From an uncultured Spirochaetota bacterium (lineage in GTDB: Bacteria > Spirochaetota > Spirochaetia > SZUA-6 > Fen-1364): 57,717 nt of DNA. The number at the start of each line of letters is the position of its first letter. Position 1 is the stretch's first letter. The translations under genes were made by a program, and so were the position numbers. The stretch spans positions 1-57,717 of the forward strand of contig CAVUXE010000008.1 of NCBI GenBank assembly GCA_963745235.1, in the 5' to 3' direction. The notes below the pieces were generated by a model, which saw only the letters and a program-made list of their open reading frames with translations, was not told where the DNA came from and did no database searches. Shown in pieces: positions 49,709 through 57,717 of the stretch.

Positions 49709-50875
49709 TCAGGAGCTCCCTTCGACGTCGGCAGGCGGAATCAACAGCTGGTTTTGGATAGTCACCACTTCGGAGATGTCCACTGCGGGCCAGCTCGTAT
49801 ACCAGTCTGTCATGGCTGATGAGCGGTGGCCCGTCACTCGGCGGGTCTTGGCGTCGGATACGCCATTGGAACGCATCAAGCTGTTGAGGAAATGTCGCCA
49901 GCCATGAAAGCCTATGCGGCGCTGGCGCTGTTCGGCGAGCGTGATTCCGGTTTTTTGCAAGGCTCGGGCGAGGTTCGTCTCAATCCATGACTTGCTCATG
50001 GGGGTCCCTTTGCTGTCCTTGCCGTAGAAAAGGAGGGTGGTCGGAGCCGTCTCTTGGATGACGCGGGAAAGGATCCCATAAACCCTTGGAGCGATTGGAA
50101 TGTCTCTCATGCTTTCTGCCTTCGGCCGCCGTGGCCCGTATCCCTCCTCCCATGAGCGGCGGATCTCCACGTGGTCTGTCTTGATATTCTCCACGAGCAG
50201 TGCGCGGATCTCACCCATGCGCACGCCCGTCGTGGCGGCCAAAGCGTTGATCGCGTACTGCCTGAAGTCTGCCCATGGATCAGGGCCTGCAAGTAGCCGA
50301 AGCGCCTCGGAAGGTGAAAGGATTGTGCGCTCGGGATGGCGCACACGGACGGACTTCACCTGATCGGCGGGGTTCTCCGTGATCCATCCATCAACGACCG
50401 CGCGTTCTAGAATAGTCCGCAAAGCCTGGACGATCTTGTTGATCGTGGCCGGTGCAAGCTCGCCGCATCGATGTAGATCTACAACCCATGAGTCAAGTCG
50501 CCTGGTAGTGAAATCTTGCAGTCGCCAGGTTCCCCAAGCGGGTAAGACATGGACACGGGTGTAGCTTTCGGCAGCATCCAGATAACCGTTCGAGACTGTG
50601 CGTCCGTGGGCGGCTCGGTCGACCGCGTAGGAGGCCGCAGGCTTCCAGAATCCTTCGGCGTATTCGGACAGGGTGATATTCGCACGGCCGTCGCGGACTT
50701 TCCTAAGCTTGGCCTCGCACCAGCGCACAGCATCATCGTGCCGGGTACATCCGGTAGAAATGGCACTGGTTCGATATGTGCCATTCTCATCACGGAAGAG
50801 CGCGTAAAAGATTCTTCGGTTCTTTCTCTTGGTGGGCCTGGAATGCAGAGAGTATGGGCGCTTCGGGCGTTCCAT
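49709..50875 (-). CDS. phage-type tyrosine integrase
   Basis: TGVRMGEI, PK, FHGWRH, TGH.S..MT..Y; immediately 3' of tRNA-Val. Confidence 0.95.
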   Translation of the reverse strand: MERPKRPYSLHSRPTKRKNRRIFYALFRDENGTYRTSAISTGCTRHDDAVRWCEAKLRKVRDGRANITLSEYAEGFWKPAASYAVDRAAHGRTVSNGYLDAAESYTRVHVLPAWGTWRLQDFTTRRLDSWVVDLHRCGELAPATINKIVQALRTILERAVVDGWITENPADQVKSVRVRHPERTILSPSEALRLLAGPDPWADFRQYAINALAATTGVRMGEIRALLVENIKTDHVEIRRSWEEGYGPRRPKAESMRDIPIAPRVYGILSRVIQETAPTTLLFYGKDSKGTPMSKSWIETNLARALQKTGITLAEQRQRRIGFHGWRHFLNSLMRSNGVSDAKTRRVTGHRSSAMTDWYTSWPAVDISEVVTIQNQLLIPPADVEGSS

Positions 50876-50900
50876 GCTGCCTCCCTCGACTCACTCTCGA

Positions 50901-50921
50901 TGTCAGAGTGAGTGTCAGAGT
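50901..50921. repeat. tandem TGTCAGAGT repeats (possible integrase arm-type sites)
   Basis: TGTCAGAGT at 50901 and 50913, between the tRNA 3' end and int. Confidence 0.4.
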
Positions 50922-50984
50922 AGAGCTACATGGAAGCGCCCGTTTTCGGGTGGCTTCCTATTCCCTACAACGTAGGGACTTAAA

Positions 50985-51056
50985 TGGGCGATACTGGATT
51001 TGAACCAGTGACTTCTACCGTGTGAAGGTAGCACTCTCCCACTGAGTTAATCGCCC
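50985..51056 (-). tRNA. tRNA-Val (anticodon CAC), CCA not encoded
   Basis: GGGCGAT-TA-ACTCAGTGGGAGAGT-G-CTACC TT CAC AC GGTAG-AAGTC-ACTGG TTCAAAT CCAGT-ATCGCCC-A cloverleaf. Confidence 0.95.
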
Positions 51057-51327
51057 TCGATGGGCCCTTGCCAGGACCCCCGAATGTGCGTACTTTATAC
51101 AGTGACCTCCCAGGAGATGTCAATGTGGTTCGCCAGGGGGCGTCGCCGCGAGGGCCGTATATTAAAATCAGATCAATCGGTGCACGAAAGTAGACAAATA
51201 GATCGCTTTTCCCTTCTGCGCGTCCTAATTGCCGATAACTGATTCTCCGACAAACAAATAGAGCGAAAGTCGGCCACTCCGAGTTGGTATCAATCTTGCA
51301 TTGTTAGGCGCAACGAAGACTGACATC

Positions 51328-51969
51328 ATGCAGGATAACCAGGAATTGGTTCGCGAAGTTCGGCGAACAACAACACAGAGTGCATCAGGAATCGCAAGGG
51401 TTCAGGGGGAGCTGGTTCGAAAGTCGCTCCACCTTCTCATAGCTATCGTGCCTGTCCTGGCAGCGGTAAACCTGCCCGCAACGCTGGCCCTGCTGGCAAC
51501 CGGGACTCTTTTCTACGCCTTTGCTGAGAGCTCACGCAGGCTGGGAAATCCAATCCTCGTTGTGAGTGATCTGACGGTCATTGCCTCCCGGGACAAAGAC
51601 AAGGTCGGTTTTGTGCTCGGGCCCGTGACCCTCGGTCTCGGAGCCATGATTTCCCTCCTTTTGTATCCTGAGCCTGCCGCTTCCATCGCCATCTATGCGC
51701 TTGCCTTCGGAGATGGCCTGGCAGCCCTGGTCGGCAGAGCGGTTGGCGGACCGAAGATACCGTTCCTGAGGGGCAAGACCTTCACGGGCAGCCTTGCCTG
51801 TTTTGCCGCCGTTTTTGTCATGGCTTACCACGTGAGCCGCCGGCCCGCGGAGTCCCTCATCATCGCTTCAGTCGCCACGGTCCTGGAAGGGATCCCCACC
51901 GGCAACTTCGACAACATCATCATTCCATTTGGCGTCGGAATGGTGGCAACCAGGCTCCTGGTTCCCTGA
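51328..51969 (+). CDS. polyprenol/diacylglycerol kinase-like (CTP-dependent, SEC59/VTE5) membrane protein
   Basis: ELVRKSLH, LAFGDGLAALVG, KTFTGS, DNIIIP. Confidence 0.85.
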   Translation: MQDNQELVREVRRTTTQSASGIARVQGELVRKSLHLLIAIVPVLAAVNLPATLALLATGTLFYAFAESSRRLGNPILVVSDLTVIASRDKDKVGFVLGPVTLGLGAMISLLLYPEPAASIAIYALAFGDGLAALVGRAVGGPKIPFLRGKTFTGSLACFAAVFVMAYHVSRRPAESLIIASVATVLEGIPTGNFDNIIIPFGVGMVATRLLVP

Positions 51970-52783
51970 GGGACCTGAGGCATACAGTTGCGCCCGCGGC
52001 CAGGGCGAGAACTCCGCATGCAAGCGGGATTGGCTGCACCATGAAGAACAGAAGCTCCCGAGCCGCCAGGAGAAGCGCGAGCCCCACGGCCAGCGCAAGG
52101 AACCTCCTGTCCCGCTTCAGGACCCATGCGCCAACCGCCGTCGCAGGGACCAGGGCAGCAATGACGAGGTTCACGAACCACACGCCCTCTTCATCCGCAA
52201 GCTTCCACGTGAGCTCAGAAAGAAAGGTGGTCCGGTCCAACGGAATACTCGCCGCGATGGCCAGCGCGACCACCAGAAATCCTCCCCCCAGCACGTAGAC
52301 GTGGCGGTATTTCAGCCCGATGCAATAGAGGCTGGAAAAGAGGAGCGCAAACAAACCCACGAACCTGCCCCAGTACACCGCGCGTGTCAACGCGATGGCT
52401 GCCTGGATCGAGTTGTCCGTTGCAAAAAGCACCGCGGTAGCTCCCCGGAGACACTCAATTCCAATCGTGAGAAAGAAGAGGAGGAGGTACGGAAGCACGG
52501 GCGTGCGATTGCTGCGGTACAGCCGGCTGGAGCGAAGGGAGAAAACGAAGCCGACGGCCGTTGCAGCCGCCACGGCCCCAATCAACCACAAGGGCTGGGT
52601 CGCATCCTTCGGGCCGGGATCATGGTAGATGAGCCACCATGGGTTCGACGGGAGCACGGAGAGCGCCCCGGCGAGGGCTGGTCGGCTGAGGAGAAACGCC
52701 AATGAGGCGCAAGCGATGAGGCCAAGGATGAGCGTGACAACGAGAGCGGCTCCGAGGAGCCCGGCTTCCAAAGAGGTGCGCAC
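51920..52783 (-). CDS. multi-pass membrane protein
   Basis: About 8 hydrophobic segments; start uncertain. Confidence 0.6.
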   Translation of the reverse strand: MRTSLEAGLLGAALVVTLILGLIACASLAFLLSRPALAGALSVLPSNPWWLIYHDPGPKDATQPLWLIGAVAAATAVGFVFSLRSSRLYRSNRTPVLPYLLLFFLTIGIECLRGATAVLFATDNSIQAAIALTRAVYWGRFVGLFALLFSSLYCIGLKYRHVYVLGGGFLVVALAIAASIPLDRTTFLSELTWKLADEEGVWFVNLVIAALVPATAVGAWVLKRDRRFLALAVGLALLLAARELLFFMVQPIPLACGVLALAAGATVCLRSLREPGAWLPPFRRQME

Positions 52784-52841
52784 GGAGGTGGATTGTAGGA
52801 CGATATAGGCGAGAAGGTCAAAAGCATTGTAGTCTTTTTCC

Positions 52842-53859
52842 GTGATCCTGATCTTCAAGAAAGACGCTACTGAAGAGGAGATCCAGAGCGCTCTGCGCAA
52901 GATCGAGCATCTGGGCTACACGCCGCACCTCAGCAGGGGAGCAGTCAAGACCATCTGCGGCGTCACCGGGGACGACCGAGCCCTGGATCAGTCCGAGTTC
53001 GACCAGATGCCCGGCGTGGAAAGCGTCCTGCGCGTCCTCAAGCCATACAAGCTCGCTTCTCGCGAGTTTCATCCTGATCCCACCCGCATCAGCGTGGGTG
53101 GAGTCAGCGTGGGCCCGGGAAGCTTTGCCGTCATTGCGGGGCCCTGCTCGGTGGAGACCGAGGGGCAGGTAGAGTCCTCGGCGGAGCTCCTGCACCGCTC
53201 AGGCCTCAGGCTCATGCGCGGCGGCGCTTTCAAGCCCCGTTCATCGCCATACTCCTTCCAGGGGCTGGGCGAACAGGGCCTGCAGATCCTGAGCGCGGCA
53301 GCGAAACGCCACGGCCTCACGGTGGTCACGGAGATCATGTCCGAGCACGACGTGGAGCTGGTGGGCCGTTACGCGGGCGTGTTCCAGGTGGGGGCCCGCA
53401 ACATGCAGAACTTCGCGCTCCTCAAGGCCCTCGGGGAAACCCGCACTCCCGTGCTTCTGAAGAGGAGCATGATGGGCACCATCGAGGAGCTGCTCCTCTC
53501 CGCGGAGTACATCATGAAGGGCGGCAACCCCCACGTCATCCTCTGCGAGCGGGGCATCCGGACCTTCGAGACGCAGACGCGCAACACCCTGGACATCGCC
53601 GCGGTGCCCGTCATCAAGCGGCTCAGCCACCTGCCGATCCTCGTGGATCCCAGCCACGCCATGGGGGACTGGCACTACGTGCCCGCGGCTGTCACTGGCG
53701 GCCCTGGCCGCGGGGGCGGACGGCATCATCATCGAGATCCACCCCAACCCGGCGGTGGCTCGGTCGGACGGAAAGCAGAGCCTGAACTACCCGCATTTCG
53801 AGGACCTGCTCGCCCGGCTGAAGGACCTGGCGCCGCACCTGGGAACGGCGGTCAACTAG
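52842..53859 (+). CDS. aroF: DAHP synthase type I-beta with N-terminal regulatory domain (indel near 53690)
   Basis: IAGPCSVE, RGGAFKPRSSPYSFQG, GARNMQNF, CERGIRTFE, DPSH; C-terminus AGADGIIIEIHPNP...SDG in the shifted frame. Confidence 0.9.
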
Positions 53860-53923
53860 CGGGCTCTTTCAGATTCCTCTATAGAAAAGCGCGGACCGTA
53901 CGATACTATAACCAGGAGCATCT

Positions 53924-54607
53924 ATGGCAAAACGGCTTGCCCTGGTCGGGGTCCTGATCCTCCTGGTGACGTTCGCCGCGTCCGCGGGCGACATCGCCCG
54001 GTTCGTCAACCTCGGGTTCTCTCCGGACTCGCGGTATTTCATGTTCGGGCAGTTCGGGATCCCGGAAAAGACCTCCACTCCCTGGGCGGAGACGTACATC
54101 GTCGACGTGACGGCCAACACCTTCGTGCCCACGGAGTGCACAAGGTTTCCTCCTCCCAGCAGGTGGATCCGGGCAGCGATGGCATTGGCGCGCTGCTCAA
54201 CGCCCTTGCCGACTCCCGCGCCCAGAAGTGCAGTACAGGATTCATCACATGGTGACGGGAAGGCTGCTCTACATCCTCGTGGACGGCGCCACGGCCCCCG
54301 ACACGGTCGAGTTCCGTGACTTTCAGACCGGCCGAAACTACGAGATCACGATGTCGCAGACCCCCCCGTCGGGTGAAGCCGGTGCCTCCTTCGGTCTTGC
54401 CATCACCGTGACGGAAAAGGATGGAAAGGTGCACACCAGCAAGGCGGGGATCCCGCCCTGCAGCGGGCCGGGGTGAAGGCATACCACATCAAGCAAATCA
54501 TTCTTGCCCCGGACAACGCGTCGCTCGTCTTCCTGATCCAGAAAGAGCAGCAGGACACCCGCGGGGACAACATCCGCTACATGATGGAGACTGCCGGGAT
54601 CAACTGA
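53924..54607 (+). CDS. DUF2259-like exported protein (several indels)
   Basis: Signal peptide, AGDIARFVNLGFSPDSRYFMFGQFG, ending IRYMMET. Confidence 0.6.
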
Positions 54608-54643
54608 GTCCCGGAGAGCGCAGGAGAGCGCCTTCATCCTTGA

Positions 54644-56136
<1,493 letters not shown>

Positions 56137-57193
56137 CGCCCTTGTCCTCGGTGCCGGCCTCTTTGCGGCCCTCGACTCCTGCGCGCCCCGGCAGGCACCC
56201 GCCAGGGTGCCGCCGGCTCCTGGTACCAGCTGGCATCACGGTCTTTCAGTCAGTCGGCGCCGCGGACGCCGCCCCCGCGGTTCCCGCTCTTCCCTGGACC
56301 GTGCAGTCCAGGATCGCGGACATGGCGTTCCTGGGAGACACCCTGTACTGCGCCGTCAACGGCTCGGGTGTGGTGGCGGTGGATCAGCGGCGGCCGGGAC
56401 ACTGTCGTTCAGCTACCACTACGACTCGCTCATCTTTGCTCACCGCACCATCACCACGCTGATCCCCCGTCACGGGGACCTCATGATCCACCTCTACTAC
56501 AACGCTCTCCTGAACGATGCGAAGCCCGAGGAGCTTCTGCTGCGGGGAATCAGCCTTGTCACATTCCTGCCCGGGCAGAAGGACTTCTCCTTCCTCATCC
56601 CGCCCTATCAGAAGAAAAACCCCGAGTGGGAAGCCGTTGGGTTTGCGCCGATCTCGGAGAACGAGTTCGATTTCGAGTGGAAGTTCACTGACGCAACGGA
56701 AACGCGATTTGCCTACACGCGCTATCGCGCGGATCTGCAGCTGGAGGCCGGCAGCAACAGGGACGCCTATGTTGCCGCGCTTGGCACGCAGTCCCTGACT
56801 GGCCCGGATGTCCCGGCTTCGTACAGCGCATTCTTCCAGGAGTGCCGCTCCCGGATCCAGGGGCTCAGCGCCGCCACGGCTCTCCATTTCAAGGTGCGCT
56901 CGCCCCTGGTGCCCGTGCAGAGGTACTTCCGCACCGGCGTGGAGCAGGACTCGATCCTGCTAGTGCACGTTTTCGATGACGACGGCACTCTCTACGCGCT
57001 GCTCCCGGACGGCCAGGTGCTGACAAAACGGCCGGGAGCTGCCGTGCAAACGTCCTTCCTCCCGTCACTCCCTGACGGATTCCGCTACACGGACCTCGTG
57101 AAGAAAGACGACATGTTCGTTTCCTCATGGGAGGAGACTCAGTTCACGCAGGTGGGGAGAGCGGGGATCCTCGCTCTCAAGCTGCCTCAGTAA
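56137..57193 (+). CDS. probable lipoprotein (indels in 5' part)
   Basis: ALVLGAGLFAALDSC lipobox-like segment; long beta-rich C-terminal frame; start uncertain. Confidence 0.5.
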
Positions 57194-57218
57194 GCGCAGA
57201 CCGCTCGGCGGCGCAGTC

Positions 57219-57717
57219 CTATTCTGTTCCCTTGACAGCCGCGGGGACGCCGCCCGGCTGGCTTGATGTCCGCAGGAAGCTTGCCAGGTCGAAGATCACG
57301 GGCTCCTCGATGAAAAAGCCTTCCGCATGGGAAACTCCCAGCAGGTTCCCGTAGGACTCCCTGAACCGACGCAGCCCGTCCAGCACTTTCCCGTCCCGCA
57401 GGCTCATCTGCGACTCGTGGCAGCGCGCAATTGCTTCCCATTCAGTCATGAAGGCGGAAACATCGTTCAGGAGATTCGGCATGCGCGAACGCGGAACCAT
57501 GTAATAGATGAGATGGTCAGCGTTCCAGGGCTCGCCTTTCGCATCCTTGAGACCTGAGAACCGTGCGTAGCGCACCGCGGAGCGCACAATGGTCCCCGTT
57601 GCCGTGTGGTCGGGATGGGCACCCCCATCCTTGTGGTAGCTGGGATTGGTATGGTATGGCGCAAAGACGATCTTTGGCCTGAACTTGCGAACCACCTCCC
57701 GCAAGGCGCAGGCGCGT
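57219..57717 (-). CDS. PIG-L/BshB1-like deacetylase (5' end outside window)
   Basis: VVRKFRPKIVFAP, HPDH, AIARCHESQ, AEGF. Confidence 0.85.
   Translation of the reverse strand, partial: RACALREVVRKFRPKIVFAPYHTNPSYHKDGGAHPDHTATGTIVRSAVRYARFSGLKDAKGEPWNADHLIYYMVPRSRMPNLLNDVSAFMTEWEAIARCHESQMSLRDGKVLDGLRRFRESYGNLLGVSHAEGFFIEEPVIFDLASFLRTSSQPGGVPAAVKGTE

Overview
Probably a spirochaete chromosome segment, judged from treponemal-type ParA/ParB, a DUF2259-like exported protein and an archaeal/eukaryote-type ProRS. Roughly 51.3-57.7 kb is GC-richer housekeeping DNA: a polyprenol kinase-like gene, DAHP synthase, proS and a PIG-L deacetylase. A tRNA-Val(CAC) at 50985-51056 (-) borders a >50 kb mosaic accessory region to its left. 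That region holds (i) an integrase-Xis-primase/helicase-ParA-ParB element, (ii) an integrase + IS91-type transposase unit bounded by 20-bp inverted repeats, (iii) a plasmid-like RHH-parA-parB-rep replicon with two copies of an antisense-RNA cassette and a tyrosine recombinase, and (iv) cargo: isoprenoid-quinone genes, YceI + porin, cytochrome P460 + haem-sensor cyclase, Xre-RES TA, MCP, desaturase-reductase fusion, def, ArsR-SRPBCC and many gene remnants. The most unusual signal is a structured non-coding element of about 310-400 nt present three times (10981-11372, 12547-12856, 19819-20222). It is built from three modules whose stems are conserved, with compensatory changes clearest in module M, and I cannot assign it to a known RNA/DNA family. 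Single-base indels also occur in essential genes such as proS, so many frameshifts are probably sequencing errors. Products were assigned by motif recognition only; no database searches were run.
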